The notes: generated by a model not told the origin, from the letters alone. A stretch of 64,000 nucleotides of DNA from an uncultured Candidatus Peribacteria bacterium (GCA_964452725.1 CAYVMX010000001.1:40395-104394), one strand, 5' to 3'; positions 18,354 through 28,319 are shown, numbered from the stretch's first letter. Made by a program: numbers and translations.

Positions 18354-18815
18354 ATGGCAGACAAAGCAGCCACTACCGAAGATCAAACCAAACCAGCCGC
18401 CAAGTCTGGCAAAAAGGTTAGCTATGCCATCCGCGCAGCTGCCAAGAAGAAAAAGAAGATCCGTCGCATAGTCACAGTTGGTCGTGCGAGCATACTCGCT
18501 GGTGCCAACAATACGCTTGTAACCATCACTGACGAAAATTCCGAAACACTTGCTTGGAGTAGTGCGGGTTCTAGTGGGTTCAAGGGCACACGCAAAAGCA
18601 CACCATATGCCGCTCAGACCGCTGCCAAAAACGCTGCCGAAAAGGCCAAAGAGTTTGGACTAGAAAAGCTCAACGTCTATATCAAGGGTATCGGACCTGG
18701 ACGCGAGCAAGCCGTTCGTGGACTCGGAGCAGTCGGCATCTCTATCGAGAGTATCACTGATATCACACCTGTACCGCACGGCGGCTGCCGCAAAAAAGGC
18801 GCTCGACGTGTCTAA
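18354..18815 (+). CDS. rpsK: 30S ribosomal protein S11 with a Lys/Ala-rich N-terminal extension
   Basis: The core reads ASILAGANNTLVTITDENSETLAWSSAGSSGFKGTRKSTPYAAQ...PHGGCRKKGARRV. Confidence 0.92.
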   Translation: MADKAATTEDQTKPAAKSGKKVSYAIRAAAKKKKKIRRIVTVGRASILAGANNTLVTITDENSETLAWSSAGSSGFKGTRKSTPYAAQTAAKNAAEKAKEFGLEKLNVYIKGIGPGREQAVRGLGAVGISIESITDITPVPHGGCRKKGARRV

Positions 18816-18848
18816 CATTATTCTCCAATCATAATCCACAAATTCTAA

Positions 18849-19466
18849 ATGCGTTACACCGGACCAAAATGTCGTCTCTGCCGCCGCGAAGGTAAAAAGC
18901 TTTTCCTCAAAGGAGAGCGTTGCAACACTCAAAAGTGTGCTTTCGTCCGTCATAGCGATGTACCTGGCAAGTATGGCAAAGAGCAACGTGCCAAAAAGAC
19001 AGAATACGCGATCCAGCTACGTGCCAAGCAAGCTGCTCGCCGTATTTATGGTCTTTCCGAGTCCCAGTTTCGATTGACGTATGACTCAGCAGCCAAGAGT
19101 GCTGGCAATACCGGTGAAAACTTCCAACGTTTACTAGAGACCCGCCTTGACAATGCTCTTTTTCGTGCCGGTCTGGCAGCGAGTCGCAGTCAAGCACGTC
19201 AGATCGTCGGTCACGGACTCCTGCGCTACAATGATCGTCGTGCCAAGACACCGAGTCGTCAGGTCAAGATCGGCGACAAGTTTACTCTGAGCGCCAAAGC
19301 AGCTAAGTCACCACTTTTTGAAAGTTTGGCAAAGAAGAAAGACGCTTCACCTAAGTGGCTAAAGGCTGATTATGGCGAGTTTGCTTTCGAAATCGTCGGT
19401 GCTCCCGAGATAGAAGAGTGCGAACGAATCGATGCACAAGCCGTCGTTGAGTTTTACTCACGTTAA
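18849..19466 (+). CDS. rpsD: 30S ribosomal protein S4
   Basis: MRYTGPKCRLCRREG...YAIQLRAKQAARRIYG...LETRLDNALFRAG, which includes the S4 domain. Confidence 0.92.
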   Translation: MRYTGPKCRLCRREGKKLFLKGERCNTQKCAFVRHSDVPGKYGKEQRAKKTEYAIQLRAKQAARRIYGLSESQFRLTYDSAAKSAGNTGENFQRLLETRLDNALFRAGLAASRSQARQIVGHGLLRYNDRRAKTPSRQVKIGDKFTLSAKAAKSPLFESLAKKKDASPKWLKADYGEFAFEIVGAPEIEECERIDAQAVVEFYSR

Positions 19467-19494
19467 TTATCAATTCATCTAATTTTTTTCCTAG

Positions 19495-20526
19495 ATGCAT
19501 ATTATCCAAGCTGATCTCGGTGCTCCAAAAATCACAACCAAAAAAGTCGGTGATAATCACATGCTTTTTTCTGTCGCACCACTGCCCAACGGCTACGGTA
19601 TGACCCTCGGCAACACTTTCCGGCGTGTCTTGCTATCTTCGCTGCCAGGTACTGCTGTCACAGGTATCAAGGTCAAAGGCGCAACTCACGAATACGCTAC
19701 ACTCGATGGTGTACAGGATAGCGTATTGGATATCATCCTAAATCTCAAACAGCTCCAGCTAAAAAAGCACAGCAAAGAGCCAACTAAGCTAAAACTAGAG
19801 GCTAGTGGCGGCGGCAAAGTCACAGCCAAAGATATCAAAACTACGTCTGATGTCGAAGTGCTCAACCCTGAGCTCGTCATCACGACACTCGACAAAAAAG
19901 CTTCACTTAGCATAGAGCTGACAATCGAAAAAGGCGTTGGCTATCTGCCTGCTAGTGGTCGCCAAAAGACTAATAGCGAAACAGGCTTGATCCTCGTAGA
20001 TGCGATCTTTAGTCCTGTCGTGCGTGTCCGCTACGATGTCACTGCTACTCGTGTCGGCTCTCTGACCAACCTCGACAAGCTCGAACTAGAGGTCAAGACT
20101 AGCGGCAGCATGACTCCAGAAGATTCTGTGAAGTTTGCCAGCAACGTGATCAAAAGCTATTTCGATATCTTCAACCAAAAAGAGGAGACGATCGAGGGTG
20201 ATTTCATTGCCGACGCTGAAAAGCTCGCAGCTACTACATCAGCTGTACCAGTCGCTACCGCTGCTATATCTAGTGGCGAAGAGGGTGCTACTGCGGTTGG
20301 CACTTCCACTACTTCTGCGTCAGAAAAATACACTCCAATTGAAATTCTAGGGTTTAGCCCTCGCACGCTCAATGCTCTGATCAACGGTGGTATTGGTAGT
20401 ATTGAGCAGCTTACCAAATGTACACCAAACAAAATCGCCAATCTCCGTGGTTTTGGCAACAAGGCTCTCGACGAAGTCGCTGATAAACTCGCTGAAAAAG
20501 GTCACAAACTATCCGAAGAAGAGTAA
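19495..20526 (+). CDS. rpoA: DNA-directed RNA polymerase subunit alpha
   Basis: The NTD has PLPNGYGMTLGNTFRRVLLSSLPG and the CTD has PIEILGFSPRTLNALINGGI...L. A long Ala/Thr/Ser-rich linker joins the domains. Confidence 0.92.
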   Translation: MHIIQADLGAPKITTKKVGDNHMLFSVAPLPNGYGMTLGNTFRRVLLSSLPGTAVTGIKVKGATHEYATLDGVQDSVLDIILNLKQLQLKKHSKEPTKLKLEASGGGKVTAKDIKTTSDVEVLNPELVITTLDKKASLSIELTIEKGVGYLPASGRQKTNSETGLILVDAIFSPVVRVRYDVTATRVGSLTNLDKLELEVKTSGSMTPEDSVKFASNVIKSYFDIFNQKEETIEGDFIADAEKLAATTSAVPVATAAISSGEEGATAVGTSTTSASEKYTPIEILGFSPRTLNALINGGIGSIEQLTKCTPNKIANLRGFGNKALDEVADKLAEKGHKLSEEE

Positions 20527-20540
20527 TCCTATCCTAACTA

Positions 20541-20900
20541 ATGAGACACAGAGTCAAAAAGGTCGCACAACTAGGTCGCCAGCCTGATCATCGTCAGCTC
20601 CTGCTACGTAATCTAGCTACCTCGCTAGTATTACATGGCAAGATCCAGACCACCGCTGCCAAAGCTACAGCAGTCCAGCCGCTCATCGAGCGCTTGATCG
20701 CCAGAGTCGTCCGGGGCAAAGAGCCACGCGAAGTGATCCGCTATCTCAAGACTGTCCTCCTCACCGAACAAGCACAAAAAAAGGCCTTTCCAGAGTTCGC
20801 CAAGCGCTACGCGGAGCGCAAAGGTGGTTACACTCGTATCACACCGATCGGTGCACGCGCAGGGGACAATGCCCCCAAAGTTCAGCTAGAGCTAATCTAA
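20541..20900 (+). CDS. rplQ: 50S ribosomal protein L17
   Basis: MRHRVKKVAQLGRQPDHRQLLLRNLATSLVLHGKIQTT. Confidence 0.92.
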   Translation: MRHRVKKVAQLGRQPDHRQLLLRNLATSLVLHGKIQTTAAKATAVQPLIERLIARVVRGKEPREVIRYLKTVLLTEQAQKKAFPEFAKRYAERKGGYTRITPIGARAGDNAPKVQLELI

Positions 20901-20903
20901 ATC

Positions 20904-21338
20904 ATGAAAACATATTTACCCCAAAAGATCGAACTTCAGAAAGATGCCAAATGGTATATCGTCGATGCTGACGGTCAGGCGCTGGGCAAGATAGCGACAG
21001 TGACAGCTCGCGTGCTTACAGGCAAGCATCGTCCAGACTTCACACCACATTTGGATCTAGGCGATAGTGTCATCATCGTCAATGCTGCCAAAGTCCGCCT
21101 GACAGGTCAAAAACGCACTGACAAGCTCTACCACACGCATTCCGGCTACAAGGGCAATCTCAAAACCAAGACTGCCGGAGCTTTCCTCGAAAAAAACCCA
21201 CGTAAAGTCCTTGAGTTGGCTGTCGCCGGTATGCTACCAAAGAATAAGCTCAAAGATGGTCGTATCAAACGCCTCAAGGTCTACGCTACAGCAGAGCATG
21301 GACAAGCAGCCCAAAAGCCAACACCACTAACTGTCTAA
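20904..21338 (+). CDS. rplM: 50S ribosomal protein L13
   Basis: KWYIVDADGQALGKIATVTARVLTGKHRPDFTPH...GDSVIIVNA. Confidence 0.92.
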   Translation: MKTYLPQKIELQKDAKWYIVDADGQALGKIATVTARVLTGKHRPDFTPHLDLGDSVIIVNAAKVRLTGQKRTDKLYHTHSGYKGNLKTKTAGAFLEKNPRKVLELAVAGMLPKNKLKDGRIKRLKVYATAEHGQAAQKPTPLTV

Positions 21339-21345
21339 TACTACT

Positions 21346-21780
21346 TTGACCACTACCAAAGCCAAAACTGCCGAAACTGCTGACAAGAAAGGTCCCTACG
21401 TTTACTCCGTTGGCAAGCGTAAAACTGCGATCGCACGTATCCGTCTATTCAAAGGTACTGGCAAAATCACGATCAATGAGCGTGATGCCAAGCAATACTT
21501 CACAGTCGGTCAGCACATGGCCTCTTTCCTCGCTCCTTTCAACGTCGCAGGAGTAGTGCCAAAGAGTTATGATCTGGAGATCAAAGTCATCGGTGGTGGA
21601 CCAAACGCCCAAGCAGAAGCCTGCCGACATGGACTCGCTCAAGCTCTGGAGAAGGAAGAAGCCAGCCGTCGCACAGAGCTAAAGAAAGTGGGCTTCCTGA
21701 CTCGCGATGCTCGTGTCAAAGAGCGTAAGAAGCCAGGCCTCAAGGGTGCTCGTCGGGCGCCACAGTGGGCAAAGAGATAG
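21346..21780 (+). CDS. rpsI: 30S ribosomal protein S9
   Basis: GKRKTAIARIRLFKGTGKITIN...GGGPNAQAEACRHGLAQAL...RKKPGLKGARRAPQWAKR. TTG start. Confidence 0.92.
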   Translation: MTTTKAKTAETADKKGPYVYSVGKRKTAIARIRLFKGTGKITINERDAKQYFTVGQHMASFLAPFNVAGVVPKSYDLEIKVIGGGPNAQAEACRHGLAQALEKEEASRRTELKKVGFLTRDARVKERKKPGLKGARRAPQWAKR

Positions 21781-21840
21781 CAGTATAGATTCTTCTTTGT
21801 TATAGTGCTGTACTATTGACAGTATTGTTTTTATTTGTTT

Positions 21841-21867
21841 AAATAAAATACTTAAAGTATTTTATTT
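21841..21867. repeat. Perfect 27-nt AT-rich palindrome (13-bp arms, 1-nt centre)
   Basis: AAATAAAATACTT (21841-21853), a, AAGTATTTTATTT (21855-21867). It ends 2 nt before the ATG at 21870. Confidence 0.9.
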
Positions 21868-21869
21868 CG

Positions 21870-22736
21870 ATGTTAGAAGACGACAGGTTAAAACGTAGTC
21901 CATCAATAACTCGACGTGAGCTATTGAAAATCTTGGTGGCAGCTGGTTTGGGCGGGGTGTTGGCGTCTAGTTCTGTTACTGCACTAGCCGCAGAGTCTAG
22001 TGTTAGCCGAGAGGCTCGCCGTTACTATGTCTACAAACGAGACAATTATAATACGGATATTTTGACTGCTGCGGCTGATCAATATAATGATGGTAAGTAC
22101 AGAGGCAGTGGTATTTCAGACTATGAAATGCGTAAGTCTATTCAGGCGCTACGACGTGAGTTAGTTGTTTATCCAACGGCCTTACTCGAAAAAGCTAAAA
22201 TCAAAAAAATTATCATTTTAAGAAATCTACAAGCCAAGAGAAATCTTGATTGGTTGAATATCAATGGTAGTTCCAACTGGCAGACCGGATTTATTTTGCT
22301 CGATTCTTTTGGTTCTGATTGGTACAAATTTTCAACACTACATCATGAGATTTTTCATCTTTTGGATCGTGACTCTGACAATCTTGCTTGGGCTAGTTTG
22401 AATAAAAATGGCGATAAAGCTTATGTCGCCAAACACGGACTCGGTTGCGATACTCCAGATAACCTTCAAGCTGGATTTATAGATGTTTATGGATCTTGTA
22501 GTGTCAACGAAGATCAAGCTACCATTACTCAAGCTTTGTTTTGGGATTCAACTGAGTCGATCCAAAATCGTGCTGCCAAAGATCCTGTTTTGACCACTAA
22601 AATCCAACGCATCAAGCAGTTTTACTTAGAAAAAAGTAACGGTCTAATGGACGAACAGTACTGGCGAGACCTGGATACAGGTATCGTTCGTAGAGCAGGG
22701 GAGAGTTATTGGGGTAATCCCAAGAAACGGATCTAA
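21870..22736 (+). CDS. Putative exported HExxH protein (Tat-like signal; possible zinc metallopeptidase)
   Basis: The N-terminus SITRRELLKILVAAGLGGVLASSS fits the twin-arginine consensus (S/T)RRxFLK plus an h-region. An internal LHHEIFHLLD is an HExxH motif. The gene is visibly more AT-rich than the flanking rpsI and tuf. Confidence 0.5.
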   Translation: MLEDDRLKRSPSITRRELLKILVAAGLGGVLASSSVTALAAESSVSREARRYYVYKRDNYNTDILTAAADQYNDGKYRGSGISDYEMRKSIQALRRELVVYPTALLEKAKIKKIIILRNLQAKRNLDWLNINGSSNWQTGFILLDSFGSDWYKFSTLHHEIFHLLDRDSDNLAWASLNKNGDKAYVAKHGLGCDTPDNLQAGFIDVYGSCSVNEDQATITQALFWDSTESIQNRAAKDPVLTTKIQRIKQFYLEKSNGLMDEQYWRDLDTGIVRRAGESYWGNPKKRI

Positions 22737-22762
22737 TAGGCGTATAGATATACAAATGTCCT

Positions 22763-22790
22763 AAAAAGCACTCCGTAAGGAGTGCCTTTT
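22763..22790. terminator. Bidirectional intrinsic terminator between the convergent HExxH gene and tuf
   Basis: AAAAA-GCACTCC-GTAA-GGAGTGC-CTTTT. The stem is 7 bp (22768-22774 with 22779-22785) with a GNRA-like loop, and there are A/T runs on both sides. Confidence 0.7.
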
Positions 22791-22837
22791 AGGATTGATT
22801 GAGAGATCTTTCAACAGACTCAGAGTGACAGAGTATA

Positions 22838-24025
22838 TTACTCGATGATCTTTGTAACTACGCCTGCTCCTACAGTCCTGCCACCTTCGCGGATAGCAAA
22901 GCGAGTACCGTCCTCTAGTGCGACACTCGTACCTAGTATGACGTTGAGTTTGATATTGTCACCAGGCATGACCATCTCTGTGCCGCTTGGTAGCTCGACA
23001 TCACCAGTTACGTCTGTAGTACGGATGTAAAACTGTGGTTTGTAGCCTTTGAAGAATGGAGTATGACGACCACCTTCCTCTTTGGTGAGGATATAGACCT
23101 CGCACTCAAATTTCTTGTGTGGAGTGATCGTACCCGGTTTGGCGAGCACTTGACCACGTTCGACGTCGTCTTTTTCGATACCTCGGAGGAGGACACCAGC
23201 GTTGTCGCCAGCTTCACCACGGTCGAGCTGCTTACGAAACATCTCTACACCAGTGACGACAGATTTTTGAGTATCGCGAATACCGACGATTTCGACTTCG
23301 TCGTTGATATTGATGACACCTTGGTCGATACGACCGGTGACGACTGTACCACGACCCTTGATGCTAAAGACGTCTTCTACGGGCATGAGGAAAGGTTTGT
23401 CGAGGTCACGCTCTGGGTCTGGGATCCAGCTGTCGAGTGCTTCCATGAGTTTTGCAATGGCTGGTTCGCCGTACTCACTGGTGTCGCCTTCTACAGCTTT
23501 GAGTGCGCTACCACGGATGATCGGAGTATTCTTGCCGTCGAATTCGTATTTGTCGAGGAGTTCGCGGACTTCTTCTTCGACTAGCTCGATCATATCTTTG
23601 TCGTCGACCATGTCGCATTTGTTTAGGAAGACAACGATCTTTGGTACCATCACCTGACGGGCGAGTAGGACGTGCTCCTTGGTCTGGGGCATCGGACCAT
23701 CGGCAGCGGAGACTACGAGGATAGCGCCGTCCATCTGGGCAGCACCTGTGATCATATTTTTGACGTAGTCGGCGTGTCCTGGACAGTCAACGTGAGCGTA
23801 GTGGCGCTTGTCTGTGGTGTACTCCTGATGACTGGTAGCGATAGTGATACCACGTTCTTTTTCTTCTGGGGCGTTGTCGATAGCAGCGTAGTCACGCGCT
23901 TCTGCGTTGCCGCTCTTTGCGAGGACAGTACAGATAGCAGCAGTGAGAGTAGTCTTGCCATGGTCGACGTGACCGATAGTACCGACGTTTACGTGGGGTT
24001 TGCTGCGATCAAAGGTTTCAGCCAT
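22838..24025 (-). CDS. tuf: Elongation factor Tu
   Basis: [18 protein letters not shown] and NKCD GTPase motifs. 395 aa with full-length EF-Tu similarity. Confidence 0.97.
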   Translation of the reverse strand: MAETFDRSKPHVNVGTIGHVDHGKTTLTAAICTVLAKSGNAEARDYAAIDNAPEEKERGITIATSHQEYTTDKRHYAHVDCPGHADYVKNMITGAAQMDGAILVVSAADGPMPQTKEHVLLARQVMVPKIVVFLNKCDMVDDKDMIELVEEEVRELLDKYEFDGKNTPIIRGSALKAVEGDTSEYGEPAIAKLMEALDSWIPDPERDLDKPFLMPVEDVFSIKGRGTVVTGRIDQGVININDEVEIVGIRDTQKSVVTGVEMFRKQLDRGEAGDNAGVLLRGIEKDDVERGQVLAKPGTITPHKKFECEVYILTKEEGGRHTPFFKGYKPQFYIRTTDVTGDVELPSGTEMVMPGDNIKLNVILGTSVALEDGTRFAIREGGRTVGAGVVTKIIE

Positions 24026-24058
24026 TTGTAGGGGATTAAAAATTATTTAAGCCGGAGG

Positions 24059-24087
24059 ATTCTAACGAATCTGCGACTAAAGTGCAA
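24059..24087 (-). promoter_or_regulatory. Promoter of tuf
   Basis: The minus strand reads TTGCAC (24087-24082), 17-nt spacer, TAGAAT (24064-24059), then cctccggctt, a GC-rich discriminator-like motif. Confidence 0.5.
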
Positions 24088-24123
24088 GGATTTTAGAGTA
24101 AGAAATTTATGCGGTCAAGAGGA

Positions 24124-25704
24124 CTATTTGGCGTATTCTACGGCTCTAGTCTCACGAATTACATTGACTTTGATCTGCCCGGGGTAGGCCATATCTTGTT
24201 CGATTTTTTTGGCGATCTCTTTTGAGAGTTTTAGGCTGGATAGGTCGTCAGTTTTTTCAGAGTTTACGAGTACGCGTACCTCGCGACCAGCTTGGATTGC
24301 AAAGGCTTTCTCGACGCCTGTGAAGCCCGTGGCGATGTTTTCTAGCTCTTGGAGGCGTTGGATGTAGTTCTCCAGGCTCTCGCGACGAGCACCTGGGCGG
24401 CTGCCGCTGATAGCATCGGCGACATGAGTGATGATATCCAGTACGCTCTCCATGGGTACGTCCTCGTGATGTGCCTCTACGGCATGGATTACATCTTCGT
24501 CGAGCTTGAATTTTCGTAGGATATTGGCGCCGATGACGGCGTGCGGTCCTTCGATCTCATGATCTACAGCTTTGCCTATATCGTGGAGTAGGCAAGCCAT
24601 TTTGGCTTTTTTGACATCATAACCTAGCTCGCTAGCGATCGCAGATCCGAGGTAAGCCGCTTCGATCGCGTGTTTTAGATTATTCTGACCGTAGCTGGTG
24701 CGGAAGCGTAGGCGACCGAGGAGTTTCACTACTTGTGGCGGTAGTCCGACGACACCGACTTCGATGACAGCTTTTTCACCAAATTCTTTCATGAGATCTT
24801 GAGTTTCAGCGTCAGCTTTTTTGACTGCTTCTTCGATCTTTGCTGGGTGGATTCGTCCGTCGGAGATGAGTTTTTCTAGTGCGGTTTTTGCCACGTAGCG
24901 GCGTACTAGGTCGAAGCCAGAGATAATGACGGCACCTGGTGTGTCGTCCACGATCACATCGACACCTGTCGCCATCTCGAAGGCGGTGATATTGCGACCT
25001 TCGCGTCCAATGATGCGACCTTTGATGTCATCACTTGGTAGGTTGACTAGTGTGACTGTTGATTCGCTGGTTACTTCGTTTGCGAGCCGTTGAATCGAGA
25101 GTGCGATGATTTTTTGGGCTTTTTTGTCGCCTTCTTCTTTGGCTTTGGTTTCAGCTTCACGGATTTTTTTTGCCAATTCGTCAGCGCTGTCTTTTTCTAC
25201 TTCGGCGAGGAGTTGAGTTTTGGCTTCGTCGCGTTTGAGTCCGGCTATTTCTTCGAGTTTGGATTTTTGTGCGTCACGGTGATTTTCAGCCTCGGCTTTG
25301 ATTTTTTCTACTTCGGTAGCACGGGTCTCTAGTGCTGCTCGCTTGGTATCTATAGCTTCGGTCTTTTTGTCGAGATTGGCTTCTTTTTCGGTTAGGCGTT
25401 TTTCGGCTGTTTCGAGTTTTTCGCGGATTTGCTTCTCTTCTGTTTTGGCTTCGGTTAGAGTTTTTTCTGCTTTGGCACGGATTGATTCGGCTTCTTTGCG
25501 TGCGTCTTCGAGACTGGCGTGTTTTTGTTCATCGGCCTGGCGGGCGCGAGCTTCGGCTTTGCTGGCGTGGTCTGATGCTTCGGCGATGATTTTTTTAGCT
25601 TGTATTTCCGCGTTTGCAGCGTCTTTTTTGCCTTTGCCTTGGGCAGCGAAAAAACCACCAGCGCCACCGACGATTACGCCTAGAACTATGAGTACGATTT
25701 CCAT
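24124..25704 (-). CDS. rny: Ribonuclease Y
   Basis: N-terminal TM, a long Lys/Glu coiled coil, a KH domain (GRIIGREGRNI), an HD domain (LLHDIGKAVDHE) and the C-terminus VIRETRAVEYAK. I chose the ATG at 25704 (MEIVLIVLG...). The ORF track extends to a TTG at 25722. Confidence 0.93.
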   Translation of the reverse strand: MEIVLIVLGVIVGGAGGFFAAQGKGKKDAANAEIQAKKIIAEASDHASKAEARARQADEQKHASLEDARKEAESIRAKAEKTLTEAKTEEKQIREKLETAEKRLTEKEANLDKKTEAIDTKRAALETRATEVEKIKAEAENHRDAQKSKLEEIAGLKRDEAKTQLLAEVEKDSADELAKKIREAETKAKEEGDKKAQKIIALSIQRLANEVTSESTVTLVNLPSDDIKGRIIGREGRNITAFEMATGVDVIVDDTPGAVIISGFDLVRRYVAKTALEKLISDGRIHPAKIEEAVKKADAETQDLMKEFGEKAVIEVGVVGLPPQVVKLLGRLRFRTSYGQNNLKHAIEAAYLGSAIASELGYDVKKAKMACLLHDIGKAVDHEIEGPHAVIGANILRKFKLDEDVIHAVEAHHEDVPMESVLDIITHVADAISGSRPGARRESLENYIQRLQELENIATGFTGVEKAFAIQAGREVRVLVNSEKTDDLSSLKLSKEIAKKIEQDMAYPGQIKVNVIRETRAVEYAK

Positions 25705-25950
25705 TTGAAAGGGGATTAACAAATCCCCGAAGCGAGCTGAAAAGTGACTTTTAAGTCCGTAAATTCAAAAAATCGGAGAGTTGGGTAGATTTTTGAAGTT
25801 TTGGAGTGATTGAAAAAGTATTTTTCAGGGTCAATTTTGAAGTTTTAAATAGACTTGCTTCGAGGGGTAAAATGGCTTACTTAAGCCAAAACTAAACATA
25901 GTTTAGCAGGAGAAGACGGGGGAGTCAAAGGTATATCTTGATCTCAAAAT

Positions 25951-27417
25951 GTGGACGAAAAGGAGTTTGCCAGTCGTTCCATCTCGCGCTATCCTGTGTC
26001 TCCCTTGCCCACCAAAAAACCCTCTCCACCGTCCAAAGTACCACCGCATGCTATCGAGGCTGAGCGGGGAGTGCTGGGTAGTTTGCTGATCGACAAAGAC
26101 GCACTGCTCAAGGTAGCTGATTTGCTAGCCGCCGAAAATTTTTATGATCCACGTCACGTACTGATTTTCGCAGCTGCGCTTGAGCTTTTTCAGTCGCATG
26201 CTCCGATCGACCTGCTCACTGTCAGCCAAAAGCTCGCTGACCAAAAAAAACTCAAAAATGTTGGTGGTCGGGCGTATCTAGCCGAGCTAACCGAAGAAGT
26301 GCCGACGAGCTCTCATATCTTTGAATACGCGCGGATTGTCAAGCAAAAAGCGACTTTGCGTAAATTACTTCAATCTGGTCAGGAGATCGCCGGACTGGCA
26401 CTCGACGAAGACAGTGAGTCCAATACACTCCTCGAAAAAGCAGAGCAGAGTCTTTTTCAAGTCACACAAAATCTAATTAAAGATAAGTTCGTTCACATCA
26501 AAGAGATCCTCAATCAGCGTTTTGATGAGTTTAGTGAGCTGCACGACGCGGAGGACAAAGATCTGCTACGGGGTGTACCGACAGGATTCAAGGCGATTGA
26601 TCATCTGCTCTCAGGTTTGAAGCCAGCCGATATGGTGGTGTTGGCAGCCCGACCGAGCATGGGTAAGACTGCCTTCGCGCTCGGGATCTCCCAAAACTCT
26701 GCCCTCAAATTTGGTAAAAGTGTCGGTTTCCTCTCACTCGAGATGAGTAAGGAGCAGCTCGTCGATCGTATGTTTGCCAGTCTCCTCGGGGTTGATAGCT
26801 GGCGACTTCACAAAGGTGCATTGACCGACGAGGAGTTTGGCAGGATCGGTGGTGTGATGGACGAGTTAGCTCAGGCCAACATCTTCATCGATGACTCTGT
26901 CGGTAGCAGTATTACTGAGGTGCGAGCCAAGGCACGACGACTCCAGATGGAGTACGGACTCGATATGCTCGTCATCGACTATCTCCAGCTCATGACTACC
27001 GAAAATGCCGCTTACGCTGGCAATCGTGTCCAAGAGATCAGTGAGATCAGTCGCAGTCTCAAGGCACTGGCACGCGAGCTGAAAATCCCGATCGTCGCTC
27101 TGAGTCAGCTATCTCGTGCCGTCGAAAACCGCCCTGGTAAGATCCCTCAGCTCGCTGATCTGCGTGAGTCTGGTGCGATCGAGCAAGACGCTGATATCGT
27201 CATGATGATGTATCGCGAGGACTACTACGAAGAGGACTCCGATCGTCCAGGCATTACGGATATCTACATTCGCAAAAATCGTAACGGTCCGACTGGGCGT
27301 GCTGAGCTAATGTTTAAAAAAGAACAACTACGTTTCTTTGACATTGACAAAAAAATCGTTGATATAGTTGGACCACCAAAGGTCGAACAGATCGCGACCT
27401 TAGGTGATTTTAGCTGA
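25951..27417 (+). CDS. dnaB: Replicative DNA helicase DnaB
   Basis: PPHAIEAERGVLGSLL, Walker A ARPSMGKTAF, and LVIDYLQLM...LSQLSR. GTG start. Confidence 0.93.
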   Translation: MDEKEFASRSISRYPVSPLPTKKPSPPSKVPPHAIEAERGVLGSLLIDKDALLKVADLLAAENFYDPRHVLIFAAALELFQSHAPIDLLTVSQKLADQKKLKNVGGRAYLAELTEEVPTSSHIFEYARIVKQKATLRKLLQSGQEIAGLALDEDSESNTLLEKAEQSLFQVTQNLIKDKFVHIKEILNQRFDEFSELHDAEDKDLLRGVPTGFKAIDHLLSGLKPADMVVLAARPSMGKTAFALGISQNSALKFGKSVGFLSLEMSKEQLVDRMFASLLGVDSWRLHKGALTDEEFGRIGGVMDELAQANIFIDDSVGSSITEVRAKARRLQMEYGLDMLVIDYLQLMTTENAAYAGNRVQEISEISRSLKALARELKIPIVALSQLSRAVENRPGKIPQLADLRESGAIEQDADIVMMMYREDYYEEDSDRPGITDIYIRKNRNGPTGRAELMFKKEQLRFFDIDKKIVDIVGPPKVEQIATLGDFS

Positions 27418-27504
27418 AGTGCGTTTGAGCACCAAAATAGCTGAGAAGTAGAGTAGTTTATTTTAGTGTTTCATACTTTTGGTTTTATCCTTTAAACTGA
27501 CTTT

Positions 27505-28317
27505 ATGTTAGATTTTTCCAAATTTATTGTTACTTGTGAGCTGTCGTCTTCTTCGGGTGCGGATATCCACACTGTACTCGATCAGGCGCGTGAGATCACT
27601 GCCGATGCTTTCAATCTACCCGATGGGATCCTAGGCAAGCTGACGATCGACCCTATCGTACTGGCCAATCGTGTCAAGCTCGCGACAGATAAACCTGTCA
27701 TCGCCCACTTGACCTGTCGCGATACGACGAAGCTGGGACTCGCGAGCAGGCTGCTCGGGGCGAGTGTGCTGGATGTCGATGGTATCCTCGCACTGACTGG
27801 TGATGCTGGTAGTCAAAACGTCTTCGAGGTCAGAGCGACAGGTCTGACGCAGCTGGCTGCCGATCTCAATACTGGTGAGTTCAATGATAAGGAGATCAAA
27901 GGCGCGACCAAGCTCCAGATCGGAGTTGCTTGTAATCCCAATGTCGATGGTCAGATCGACTACTTAAAAGAAAAAGTCGCTGCTGGTGCCCAGTTTGTTC
28001 AGACACAGCCTGTGTTTGATCTCGCGATAGCTGAGAAGTTCCTCGCTGATGTAAAGCAAGCTGGGATCAAAATCCCAATTTTGCTGGGGATTATGCCGCT
28101 CAAGTCGGTCAAAGTAGCTGAGTATTTCAATAAAAATGTCGTCGGAGTTACGATCCCACCACAGGTGATCGAACAGCTGGTAGCTGATGAAAACGCTGGT
28201 ATAGAGGTCTGTTTAGAGTTGTTGAAGCCGCTCAAAGAGCAGCTTGCTGGTGTCCACATCATGCCACTGGGGCAGACTGACTGGGCGAATCAGATCTACG
28301 AATTTTTGGAAAAATAG
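27505..28317 (+). CDS. metF: Methylenetetrahydrofolate reductase (MetF) family protein
   Basis: IAHLTCRD, GILALTGD, AGAQFVQTQPVFD and PILLGIMPLKS follow the MetF/MTHFR TIM-barrel pattern. 270 aa. Confidence 0.6.
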   Translation: MLDFSKFIVTCELSSSSGADIHTVLDQAREITADAFNLPDGILGKLTIDPIVLANRVKLATDKPVIAHLTCRDTTKLGLASRLLGASVLDVDGILALTGDAGSQNVFEVRATGLTQLAADLNTGEFNDKEIKGATKLQIGVACNPNVDGQIDYLKEKVAAGAQFVQTQPVFDLAIAEKFLADVKQAGIKIPILLGIMPLKSVKVAEYFNKNVVGVTIPPQVIEQLVADENAGIEVCLELLKPLKEQLAGVHIMPLGQTDWANQIYEFLEK

Positions 28318-28319
28318 AC

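Noticed and set aside
25705-25722. The TTG-initiated 6-codon extension of rny (MLIPFQ-).
   Set aside because: RNase Y proteins start directly with the membrane anchor, so the ATG at 25704 gives the expected MEIVLIVLG... N-terminus. This remains uncertain without experimental data.
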